Shown: positions 27,201 to 39,298 of the stretch, piece after piece
Layout of the letters: every line of letters begins with the position of its first letter
How positions within the stretch are numbered: position 1 is the first letter of the stretch
Assembly (NCBI GenBank): GCA_973851085.1
Contig: OZ316775.1
Coordinates: 15,934,001-15,998,000, forward strand
DNA from: Ptychomitrium polyphyllum
Lineage: Eukaryota
Direction of reading: 5' to 3'
DNA length: 64,000 nucleotides
Made by a program: the position numbers and the translations under genes
The notes under the pieces: generated by a model
Told to the model about the DNA's origin: nothing
Databases searched by the model: none
Seen by the model: the letters and a program-made list of their open reading frames with translations, nothing else

Positions 27201-29814
27201 TTATAAATTATTACCAATGAAATTGTTCTTTTTTGTTCTGAAATAAATTATATTTAAACAAAAGTAAGTTGCTATAGCATTGATATAATGTTATACATTG
27301 AAACATATTTTAATGATTTATAATCAGTTGTAAATATTTATGGTTACAATACTATAAAGTAATTATTATCAACATGTAGAAAGAAAAGATAGCACCAAAA
27401 AAATTTACTCACTTCTTAAAAATACCAATTTTTCATAATTATTGAGCCTAAAACTCATAAATGCATTCATTTGCAATCATTCATATAGCTTCACATACCT
27501 TTTCAATTGAAAATAATTTTTACATTTATATAGCAATATTTCCATTTAAATTAGTCTTCTATAAAATAAAAACAGAGCAAAAGGTTATTGTTTTTCATGA
27601 TTGATTTTGCAATTCAAATAATTTGAATATCTTATAATTCAGGTATTTATAACAGCAATGCTTTTAAAAAAAAATTAATATTAAAGTTAAAATAAACTAC
27701 TTAATAGTTTGTTTTAAATTACATATGAAGAATATGGTATTATTAAAATAATTTTGTTAAATAAAGTGCTTTTTAAACTTTGATTCACTTTAAAAAATTA
27801 AATGCAAAATAATTGTTATTTCTTAAGAAAATTCTAAAGGTATTGGTCGTAATATTATTTGGAACACAAAAAATCTATACTTTTGCAATGAAAGGTAGTG
27901 TGTTTTTGTTTTCTTTGGCATTTATTTGATAAGTGTTCTTAAGCTACTTTTTATTTGCTAATCTTTCTAACTAGATTTTGCAATGAAGTAAGAATTTTAG
28001 TGCTTTAATTTTATGATAGAATTCTCAATTCATCTATTTCATTGAACATGTAATAAGCATTTGAATTACATTCATGTCTCTAGTTAATAATATAGAATAG
28101 GAATGTTATATACTTAGATATCTATTTATAGCATTCAATTTTTTAGATTAAAAAAAAAATCTACTTTAAATTTGAAATCAACAAACATATCTTGAATGTT
28201 TTTTAAAAAGTATTGGACTTTATTCCAATAATTAATCAAAAAATTCATTAGAAAAGTGATTTTATAAAACATAGTTCAAAAATAAAATTAATGGAATTTG
28301 TGCTTTGAATTAAAAAAATCTCCTTGCTTAGCACAAATGAAAATATAGAAAAATATTTATATATTTTTTGGCATATAATCTATTAAAAATAAATTTTCTA
28401 TGGACTAATAGTTGTAGCTAAAGAAAGTTATAGAAAATTATTATCTTTTTGCCAAAAACAATAATCATCAGCATTTTATTGGTTTAGACATATCAAACTT
28501 AAAACATATATTATGGTGCTCTTGAAATTTGTCAAATGTGTCTTTTAATTAGAGCACCTTGAAAAGATATCATCCAATTATAACATCAATCTAATAATAG
28601 AATAAAATAATCTTGATTTATTGTATGTTAAATTATATTTTATTATAATTTATAAGCCATAAGAGAATATTAGTACTTATGATGCTAATGAATATTAACA
28701 AAATCAAAATGAAATAATCAAGTAATTACATGTGGACATTAATTACAACTTTGACATTAAAAAAATAAAAATAAAATTCCTTGTCTTTTAAATAATTCAT
28801 ATATTCATATTGAAAAAACTAATCAACAATTTAAATCTAAATTTCTAAGTCTACCCCTTGAATACCAATTTTGTTATTTTTAATTTATATTTTATCAAAT
28901 TTTGAATATTATACCTATCTAATGTTATTTTGAATTCTATTCCTAATAATATTGAGATTTTAGAGAATATTTATTGTGTCAAGAATTTAAGAAAAGAATT
29001 ATCTTATATAAATGAAATTGTGCAAAAGAAGGATTTATAATGTAAAAAGAGTTCAACTGAGAAATTGGTTAATTCTCTCAATAGTATTTAAATAATATTT
29101 AAAATGGTTAATAATTTTACATTTTCAAAATAACAATTATATGTGTTTTAAAATTAAAATTACATAAAAATTATATTTTAATTTAAAAATATAATTTATT
29201 TGAATTTATATTTAGTTTTCTTTAGAATCAAGCTTGTAACAATTTAAAAGATACAATTTTATTATTTATATCTATAAAATAAACTTTATTTTTCATTTAT
29301 AATAACTGATTATTAATAACGTCAACTAGATTTGTTAAATAAACTATGATTCAATTGAGATCTCTTAAGGTGAATGCCATGAATTTTACAAATAAACATC
29401 AAAAGTTGCAGTTTAAAAATGTATAAAACATAAAAAGAAGGAAGAATTAAATCCTTAATTATGCATGAATTAAGAAAGGTTGAATAAAATATTTTACAAG
29501 TATACTATTAATACAATAAATTATCTTAAATGCAATTAGAACTCTTTTGTGAAACATCATTGTGTTTTATTATATATTTCTTTCACTTTATTTACAAATA
29601 TTGAAGATTTAATTTTGAAAGAGGTTCACTTTTAATAATACTTCAAATTAATAATTTGCCTTAGACATTATCAAAAAGTTTCTCATTTACAAATATATGT
29701 TTTATACAAAAGCACTAAAATATTACATTACCATGTTATATTTTGTAATCGATTGTCTACATCACATGAGTTTTATATAATAATAAATGCAAAGTTGAAA
29801 AGCTGATTTACTGT

Positions 29815-30043
29815 AGATAAATATTTACACACCTGAAAGCAAAGCAATAAATATTCATTATAATGATTTTTCTTAACTAACTCACAGCATAAGAACAATA
29901 TGAAAGCCCTTCAATAATTTGATGATTTTTATAACAAAAATAATCAGTTTTTACATGCACAAACAAACTACAATTTCACACATGTTTGATTTTTTCCTTT
30001 CCTCCTTCCTAGGAAGATAAATATTTACACACCTGAAAGCAAA
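29815..30043 (+). repeat. Exact 29-bp direct repeat, copies 200 bp apart
   Basis: AGATAAATATTTACACACCTGAAAGCAAA at 29815-29843 and 30015-30043. Confidence 0.9.
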
Positions 30044-30404
30044 AGCACAGATATCACTGTGTTTATGTGCAAAAACACAATTTGTGTGTACAACTTGTAC
30101 AATTAATGTTACACATTGTGTAAGTTATGTAGTGTAGGTTCTATTATCATATATAAAGGAGTTTACTACCATAAATTATTTGAAAAAAAAAAAACTTGTT
30201 ATGAAATCTTTAAATATTCAAGAATATAATCTAGAAAAATTAGTTATAAAGATGTTTATGAAGATTTAAAATCAAATCACAAATTGAATATCTCTAATAA
30301 GAGACAAATAATAATTTGCACACAAATGTTAATATGTCTTATCAATTAAAAAGTGATGCACATATTTATAAAGTTTTGGAGAAAAATAAAATTTAAAATA
30401 CTAT

Positions 30405-31073
30405 AAGTTGTATCATGAAGAAAATCTCTTCTATATTTATCATCCAAATATAGGTTGCTATACATCATCATCTTTTATTTATATTATCACTTTACTTCAT
30501 ATGATCTTTGCTAAATTACATCTTAGTATATTGCATTAGGTCATTGAATGATTTAAAAATTCAAAGAAGTATAATGCAAGCCCTTCTTTGGATCTAGTAC
30601 ATTTTATAGAAGATTATGCTATTTTTACTAATTGTTTCTTGCATCTTCCTCTATTTAAAGTTAAACTATATATTCCAAAAAAAATTATAATATTTGGTAT
30701 GAATTTTGATTATGATCCTAAAACAATGTGTCTTCAATTTAAAGAATTTCTTATGCTATTTTTTAGTGGATATAAAGATTGCATTGAAGGCTTCAAAGCA
30801 TTTTTGTAAATATACAATATTTCAAAGACTTGAAGTTTGTAGATATAACAATGTTATACTAGGTATATTGAAGAATAGCAATCATCTAAAAGATTGGAGT
30901 TATATGATACATTAAAGAAGATGTATTAAATTAATGTCAAAAGTGGCCTTAAATGAAGGTTGGAATTTTCAAAGTGCATTAAAAGAAATGTCTCCAATTA
31001 TTGTCAAAGTTGACATCATACAAAAGAATTATATCTAGTCATTGTTAGAATTGGCATTATTTATGAAGGCTAG
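30405..31073 (+). pseudogene. Degenerate D5/P4-family primase-helicase-like relic
   Basis: One reading frame with several stops: LFYIYHPNIGCY...AIFTNCFLHL...MNFDYDPKTMCLQFKEFLMLFFSGYKDCIEGFKAFL, resembling the D5_N pattern FxNGxLDL...DYDPxAxCPxFxxFL. It is followed by ELYDTLKK...FSK...GIIYEG, resembling the C-terminal winged helix. No Walker A/B seen. Confidence 0.55.
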
Positions 31074-31699
31074 ATTATTACAGTATGTTAAAAGACATGT
31101 ATAATACATCTAATATAAGAAAAATATTCTAACATTTAACATTTGTAATAGCATGTGTGACATTATTAGTGTGTATGTGTGTATATATATATATAGCCAA
31201 TTTTTTTAAAACAAAGTAAGGTCCTGATATAGAATAAATAAAAACATCTAAAAGTCCACTTTTAATATTCAAGCATGCATACAATTTTTTTTGATTTAAT
31301 ATAATATTATATATGGTAGATGTGTTTTTCTTTATTCTACATCTAAACAATGTTTAACAATTGAAATTGACTTAAAAATTAATTTAATGCTCAATAAAAG
31401 TTTAAAACTAACTAAAATGTAATACCAAGCATATACCTTTTTATCACTATTTTTCTATAGCTTGTTCTTCAAAGTATTGGCCTAAAGCTTAAATGTCATA
31501 AGCGTAAATGTTGAAGCCATAGGTTGTCTAAAAAGGCCGTTTAATAATTTAAATTTATTATTAATTTTTTTGAAATATTTCTCTTATCTATTTCAAAACA
31601 TGTGAATGTGCTTAGCTTGAATTAGCTTTGCGACCTTACCCATTTTTGTTTTCAATATTTGAATTCTTTTATTATACTCTTCAATATTCATCCGGCCTT

Positions 31700-33133
31700 A
31701 GTTTTTAAGAGTTTTAACAGTTTTATTGTCCTAAAAATTATATTTCCTAATAAATGATGTTCTTCTAGCTGGATTACTATGTCCTTCAAACGTTTTGTGC
31801 GCTTGCTTGTTTTTCTCCATAGCCTGAGTATTTCATTAATGGTTTTTTTTTGGCTGTTGCTTGCGCAAAGTACAAAAAGTTAAGCCATCCCATTCTAGGT
31901 TGTACGTCTCCTTGGAAAGTTTTTATAGCCTCTCCCTTGAGACTGTGGAATTGGGAATACATATTCATATGTAAATGATCAATTTTATTCATTTTAAACT
32001 CTTTTGAAATTTGCAACACACTTTTTCCAATTAATATTTTTCATAAAATGGAAGCCATTTTGCATAGCCTTTCTTAAATTCAGCTTTTGTAACTATACTT
32101 TAGTATTTGCAAGGACATTCCAAAAGTTTTTCCATATTTTCTTTTTCCGTATTATGTCCTAATATTAATCAATTATAATCTCTGAGTGCTTCAGCTTTTT
32201 AGCTACTTCCATAGCAAATTTATCAATTGTTGACACAGCTCAAGTGGTTTTTTAAAAGTTGTGCTAAGCCGTACATAATATTCTGTTGATAATGGCATTA
32301 GTAGATCCAGCAAAAACCAAAGCATAAACTACAATTTTTATTCAAATTTTATTAAAAATGTGATTCTTATTATTTAAAAAAGATTCTTAAAATATATAGT
32401 TTTAAACTCAACTTTCCTTGCTCCTATTTTAAGCACCTTTATATATAGAGGATAGAGGCCAAACAAAACATTAGTTAAATAATTTTTTAAATTGAAATCT
32501 ACTAAAACTAATTATTCCTTGTGAGATTGTTTATTTATAATTTAATATAGATAATTTGAGTAATTTTTTGTATATTATTGATGGTGTCAAAATATGCCTT
32601 TAGTATGCAAAGGCTAGTTCTATAGGTCTTACATTATTAAAGAATGATTCCAAATTTTTTTGTTAATAATTAATTTTTTTTCTTATTCCATATATAATCA
32701 TGTATTTATAGAAATGTATTAGAATAATAATAAGATATTCCAAATATATCTTTATGAATTTTAAGATAATTTAAAAAAAATCATCTTAAAAATAATCTAT
32801 AATGAAAGTATTTACCTTTTCTTTTAAACTTCAACTGGTTTCTAAATATGCCATATAAGATTCTTTTAGAATAGAGATTAGCTTGAATTGCTAACTTGGT
32901 GGATAATTTATGTAGCTACATCCTGTATTTGAGTCTAAATTTTGAATTATAGAGATTTTTTTCAAGATTGCACTTGTTTCTTCAATTGTTCTATATTTCC
33001 TCAATTTCTTGTGTTTAGACTTGTAAAATTGTTTTATAAGATGATAAGTAGAAATAATTGTCAATTAATTAATGTATCTATTGCTCTTGTAGGTGGTTCT
33101 AATGTGATTACAGTGACTTTTGTGGCTTACAAT
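31700..33133 (-). pseudogene. Degenerate reading frame with family-A DNA polymerase-like motifs
   Basis: Frameshifted, stop-containing translation: VLVDFNLKNYLTNVLFGLYP (32508-32449, motif A-like), FNKI*IKIVVYALVFAGSTNAIINRIL (K at 32338, motif B-like KxxxYxxxF), then WLNFLYFAQAT. Family call is from pattern recall only. Confidence 0.35.
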
Positions 33134-33527
33134 TATTACGGATAGAGTCAGGACAAGACAAGGTTTCAAGATTTCAAAATATAGAACAAGGTACGTCTAA
33201 TGTATATTAAAAATAAAGAACTATAATAAGGTATAAAAATAAGGGCCAAGAAAGTTTGAACTAGATTATAAGAGATGCGTTGTTGAGACTGAAGGTCGCT
33301 TCAACTTTGACTCTTATATACTAGACCGACAAGCCTAGGAAGTTTCTTAGAAAGCTTCTATTACATTGCTTTGTACTCAAGCAATCTCGAGCTACTTCTT
33401 TGGAATCTTTTTAAGCCAAGGTAATTTCTTTAGAAGCTTCTTAAGTAAAGGTAATTTCCTTAGAATCTTCTTCAGTCAAGGCAACTTTCTTGGAAGCTTC
33501 TTAAATATTATGAATTAAGTCGTAACA
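33134..33527 (-). mobile_element. Gypsy-type LTR (family A, about 394 bp) with internal ~30-bp tandem repeats
   Basis: Termini T(A)TTACG...CGTAACA. Contains 3-4 copies of AAGG(T/C)AA(T/C)TT..TT(A/G)GAA(G/T)CTTCTT at about 33390-33503. Resembles a common moss Gypsy LTR (recall). No TSD. Confidence 0.7.
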
Positions 33528-34899
33528 GCTGACTTGGACGGTTACTGGCATCAATATGGCATCAACAATTATGATGGTTATAGAATGAAGGCTTGGCTAT
33601 CTTGCACATTGAAAAGCCGTGTGAAGGAATTTGTCCCTCATGCAATATTTTGTTAATATAAAATACTAAGTTTGATGAAATCTGCAAATTGTGGTAGTTG
33701 TTGTCATGAGTCTGGTCTTGGTGTTGCCTTCAATCCATGACATACTTTTGCATCTTTGATTGATCCATACTTCATTTGTGATTCATAATCTCAACCAGAC
33801 TTTTGGCGAGTTTTCTGAGCTCATGGCTCATTGATATCTAAGTGGTTCCTATAGGTCCTAGGTTTTGGATCCAAATGATTTGCATTGTTGGCCACCATGG
33901 TCAATATGTAAAATGGTGAGTTAGGATTTAGGATTTCAAGTTAACAGGACAGTGAAGTAAGCGATTGAATTTGTTGTTAAAGTGTTGGACGTGTTGGAGT
34001 TTGTGTGAGAAAAACTCAAGAAGGGAGATTGAATTGGTTTGGTTATCTTGAAAGCACTGTGAGCGGTTGCAATCATGGCGGCAGCAAATTCCAGCTTGCA
34101 GAAGGCGGTATTCGTGAAGGTGGCTTAGTTGTGACTGGGGACTTCCGGCCACATGTTGACGGTTAAGGTGGTGAATACGAAGTTGGTGTTGTAGGAAGTA
34201 CAGATGAATGGGAACCAAGTGCGGAAAGTACAGGAAGAAGAGATGTTTGCATGAGAAAAGTGGGTTTGAAGATTAGCCGGCTTACCGACTTAGGAAGAGA
34301 TTCGTTAGCAGAAATCGCTCAAAACAGACACCACATTGAGACCAATCGCTTGTTGAAGGATAGTGCGCACAATCAAAGAATGAAAATTCAAAGAATTCTT
34401 TTCTCGAGAGAATTTGCAAGTGTTTTTTTTGGAACGTACGTTTTGTGTATGGTTGGAATCATTAGTATTCATTTTTTAGAGTTCATTTTGTGAATGGATT
34501 TTGATTGAGGTTGAGCTTATGGGAGAAGAGTGTGGAGGAAGAGGCAAGGAACACCTTTTTTTTTTGTGGAGGGTGCATATTGCGTATAGTTGGAGTTATT
34601 GGAGTTTTGAGTGATTGAATTTTGGTCAAGGTTAAAGTTGAAATTGGAGCAAGTGCAGATGGTGAATTTGCAATGGATTGGAAAAGATTGGGAATGAAAT
34701 CAAGAAGCCTTTTGATGCCAGAGGAAGCTAAAGTAGAGTGGCAGCCTTCATTCAACAGCAAATGCAAACAATAATTTAGGTGACACTTCCGCATCTTGTA
34801 CAACAGATTATGGACTAAGCGACTGTGGAGCCATTACAAACTCTCTAATCCCAAATTTGGAGACTGATAGGTTGATGGAAAGGCATGGTACGTTGGAAT

Positions 34900-35236
34900 A
34901 TGAAAGTAAAGAATAAAAAATGGCAGGGCTAATAAGATTTTCTAAAAAAAAAGGATAACAAGGTGTATTATTGGTTTGTATAAGTCCAGCTGGTGTTATG
35001 GAGAAGCTCCAAACGTATAGTTGTAATGCAGATAAAATAGCATATGCCCTTTCTTACATGATTAGAATTGCACAAAATTGAGCCATGCCATTCTTTCAGG
35101 CACTCAACAAAAGACGTGAGCATGAGTTGTTGAAGAATTATGACGCTTTCAAATAATTAGTTATCAAAGTTTATGGTGATTTTGATTTGCAAGGTAATGT
35201 TAAAGATTGCCTTGGAAGACTTTGGCAAATAGGCGC
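34900..35236 (+). pseudogene. gag: Retrotransposon gag remnant
   Basis: DKIAYALSYMIRIAQN*AMPFFQAL...NYDAFK*LVIKVYGD...CLGRLWQIG, a typical Ty3/Gypsy gag pattern with stops. Confidence 0.8.
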
Positions 35237-36768
35237 TATCGTGATGTATTTAATTGTATAGTTTAAAACTTGAGTAATATTTATTATTTGGTGTATTTGG
35301 AAAAGAATATTAGGAAAAAGATATAATCAAATTAAAAAATGGTCGTGGTGAAACCACAATTTTTATTTGTCTTGAAGGTGGAATCGCATCTTGTCTCAGC
35401 TTAGGATGATTAGGCCGGTTGACTGTAATATTTCCTGCCTGCCATTTTCATTAACAGTACCAAGTCAAGTGCTGTTGTTCTACTCAATCAATTTGACAAG
35501 AATTGAACTCGGACCGGTTGAGCAGCTGGAACTTATCTAGTCAACCAAGTTCATGACTTGGTCTCTGATCCTACTTCAACAATTGTTTTATTTTAAACTT
35601 GTTTCTTGTTGAATTTCAATCTTTTTTCTACTTTTTTTAATTTATTTAAGTTTTTTTAATTTCTATTTTAGACTTGTGAGGGTTGATTTTATCTTCTTTG
35701 CAGTTGGAATCTAGAAGTTTCAACTAAAACAAAGAAAAAAAATAAAAGCAAAAGAAAAGGATTTCGGTTGTTTTTTTATGTGAAGATATGGTTAGATAAG
35801 GATTTAATACAAGAGATTATGGGTTGATGTGGAGAGATATAGCTGATGTGGAGTAATAAGGGGCGGATGTGGCGGTTTAACCACCGCCCTTTTCTTCTCT
35901 CTCGGCTTCTCCCACTAGAATAAGAAAGCAGCCCTTCTTTGGGTGAGATCTCATAGTATACTTCTTATTTTGAGTTAGTTTTTGTTGGATTTTCTTTTTT
36001 TCATTGTAAGCTTTTCAAAAAGCCATCACATGCTCCATTTAAAGTTAGTATGTGGTCGTGGCTTTAGTTAGAGTAAAATTAAGTTAGTTGCTTTTGAGTT
36101 TTTGAGGGCAGTTAGTTTGAATGTTTGTAACTTCTTGTAGAAACATCTTTTGAAGTGAAATTTTTAGAAAAATATTTAAATTACTTTAAAAAGATAGTGT
36201 CAAAATCTAGTGAGCATTGGACTTTTTGAACAAAAGATATAAAGATAATTGCAACCGGGACATAGAAGGCAATGTATAGTAGAGTTTGGGGTTGTACAAT
36301 TTGAGTTATTATAAACGATAGAAGGGTTTTCTAAGGTTGATCTTTTGAAAAGGTGTTTATTATAAGATATTTATTATGTACACGAAATTCAAAGTTTGAA
36401 TGTGCCATAAAAGAAGAGTTATAAAGTGGTAAAGTGATACGGGTATAGGAGTTGTAGCAATGAAGAATGTAAACTTTGAAGTTATGGATTTTAGAGGGTA
36501 CTAGGGATTTGGCAACCAAAATTTATACACAGCATACTGAATGTTTTAAGAAGGTTTTGTTAAAATTTTAGGTGCTTTGGATTAGTTTGTTAGAAGTTAT
36601 GACATATTTAGCATACAGGATTTTCAAGGCAGCGTAAAGAAAAATTCTGGGGTAGAGTATTTGCTCATTGGATGTTAGAAATAGAAATTCTTCATGCATT
36701 TAGACCTTGATCAATTAGATGCTAAAAAAGACCCTGTATTTTCTATAACTACCACTTTCACCACAACA
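35237..36768 (+). mobile_element. Long LTR, family C, copy 1
   Basis: Starts T(A)TCGTGATGTATT and ends CCACAACA. Aligns with 39299-42072 and with the reverse complement of 42137-43722 (shared GTGGTGAAACCACAA and TAAGGGGCGGATGTGGCG). Confidence 0.8.
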
Positions 36769-36769
36769 C

Positions 36770-36937
36770 TGTTACCATGGTGGCCTGAGGTGATTATGGG
36801 ATTATATGGAGATCATGAGTGGTGTTGAAGAAACACGACTAAATGTTATTAGGCCATGTAAAATGGGAATAATATCCAATGAGGCCTTGGACATGAATGG
36901 AAGTCTACATTTAACCATTAGTTTTTTACCAATTGAG
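36770..36937 (-). mobile_element. Fragment of LTR family D
   Basis: Reverse complement of about 40440-40610 (CATGAGTGGTG, AATGGGAATAAT, GCCTTGGACATGAAT, CAATTGAGTG). Confidence 0.7.
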
Positions 36938-38072
36938 TGTTGTGAGCCTAAATTAACCTTTGCTGTATAAAAAACCAAATTAAGTCACATAATTTTAATT
37001 AGGCTATAATTATCTAAGTTGCGTTGTAGTCCAAGGTTAGATTCAATTAAATTAGAATTAAATTCATAATTGTTCAAGTCTTTTCATACATTAGTGAATA
37101 TCTAACTAGAAATGTAGTATAATACCTATGTGCTAAATTGCTACTTGTTTATTACACTCTATTGACTTAATATGCTAGAAGACTTTAGTGAGTTGCTTGG
37201 CCTTAATTTAGAAAGGTATTTTTTCTTATTTAATAATCCAAACTACTAGCCAAAAACTATTATCCTAGTCAACCTCACAACACTTTTTATTTAAGGTAGG
37301 AAGACCCCCTCACACCAAATTAGATGCCACTATCACCTCACAGCTTCAAATCTTGTGATTTTGGTGTCTATAAAATTGCAAGTATTAGATCCAATTTCTT
37401 CCAAAATTTCAAAACTTGATCCCTGAAGGCAAGAGAGAAAACAACCAAAATTTGAGGGCAAGTTTCAATCCTAAATAGGCGTAATGAAATTGCTGGTAGT
37501 AGACCTCGTCACACCAAATCAGGTGCCACTAACACCTTAAAGCTCCAAATCTTGTGATCTTGGTGTGCATAAAGTTTCTACAACTTTGTTTGCGATCTCT
37601 TATTAAAGTTTTGGCATTCTCTTTCCTCACCCTCACTTTCTTCTCCTACTTCTCTCTCTCCTTCTTCCTTCTTTCGGCCACCTTGCTATATTTTAGCATT
37701 AAGCCCTAACTTTTGAAGTCCAGCACCTAGTTTTAGATTAAGCCACCTTGTCTCAATGACAAAGTGGGCTCCTAAACAATCTTAACCACTTCTAATTCCT
37801 TGTACTAACTTGGGTGGTCATACTAACTTAACTCATGTTCCAACCTACTTACAATTGATCTCAACAAACTCATCTAAGTTTCCACTAACTTGTTATTGAT
37901 TTTTGCACAAGTGGACATCTATGAGCCAAAGAATTAGTTCATTGTTATAATCAAGTGCAAACAAAATACAAAATAAAAAGAGAAAAGACATTGCAAGTAG
38001 TTAGAACCAAGTCAGTAATATGCTACAAAAATCAGTAACAAATGGAGGTGTACAGAGTTGGCATGCGTGACA
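36938..38072. mobile_element. Probable further LTR-like insertion (family E)
   Basis: Begins TGTTGTG and ends GTGACA. Has an internal ~70-bp direct repeat (about 37305-37375 and 37502-37573). Boundaries are inferred from where flanking homologies stop. No TSD. Confidence 0.4.
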
Positions 38073-38073
38073 T

Positions 38074-39298
38074 TTGTTTAGGTGCATTTCAAGGGTTGCA
38101 ATAGTGGTGCTAGAATTTTGGCAACCGATTTTGACCAATGACCGCATTTTAGAACATTTAAAGGAAGCTACCACTAAGTATGCCACATTTGAGCCAATAT
38201 TTACATTTTTTAGAAACAACAAACATAAACTTGTAATGGATATTTGCCGCTGGCTCCAAGATTATACTTTTAGTGATGAAGTCCTCTATTTCCAAGATAT
38301 GATTTATGTATCAAATGATGAGGAGCTTTGACAACAAATTCTTTGGTCTAGACACGATGCTCCTGCTGTAAGACACCAGGGACGGGCAAAGACTTTAGAA
38401 TTGGTCATAAAAATGTTTTATTGGCCTATCATTCATTAGTATGTTCATTGCTATATTGATGGATGTAATATATTCCAACAATCAAAATCTATGCATCATA
38501 CTTGATATAGGTTGATGCAACCAATTTTAGCCGCATATACATCTTAGAAACGAGTTTCTACCAATTTTATTGTGAAGTTATTAATCTTTAAGGAATACAA
38601 CTCAATTATGGTGGTTGTAGACAAGAATACTAAGATGGGCCATTTTGTTTCTACAAACAAAACATTTAATTATGAAGAAATTATGTTGTTACATTTGCAA
38701 CATGTTTGGAAGCATCATAGAAAACTAGAGAAGGTCATATCAGATTGGGATCTAGTTTTTGTATCAAAATTTATGACAAAATTATGTGTATTCCTTCAAA
38801 TTAAGCCACTTTCAATAAAAGCCTTTCACCCTCAAACGGACAGTTAAACGAAGAGTCTAAACCAGGTTTTTAAACAATTTTTATAAATATTCACCACTAG
38901 ATGTTAGAATGATTGTGCAAATCGTCAACTCTTTGTCAAATTTGCGTACAATAATGCCTCTCATGCTACAACATGATTCTTCTTTTTACGCTATGTATAA
39001 ATATCATCAAATACTATCTTTTATGACATTGACTTCATCCACGGTTCTAGTGGCTGAAGACATGGTGCAACATTTGTAATAAGTCTACAAAGATTTAAAA
39101 AGCATGATTCAAATAACAAGATAATAAGCTAAATGCAGTTAAGATCTAGAGACAGTACTACAGCCAACTTTCTAAATTGGCAACAAGGTCCTTCTTTGGC
39201 ATCAAAATATTGTCATACTTGAACCATCATAGAAATTAGCTTCGAATTTCTTGGGGCCATTTCCAATAATATCTAAACTCTCTAATTTAATATACTGT
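38074..39298 (+). pseudogene. pol: Gypsy integrase remnant (Zn-binding, core, GPF module)
   Basis: HDAPAVRHQGRAKTLELVIKMFYWP...YIDGCNIFQ; FIVKL...YNSIMVVVDKNTKMGHF; FHPQTDS; KFLGPFPIISKLSNLIY. Many stops. Confidence 0.9.
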
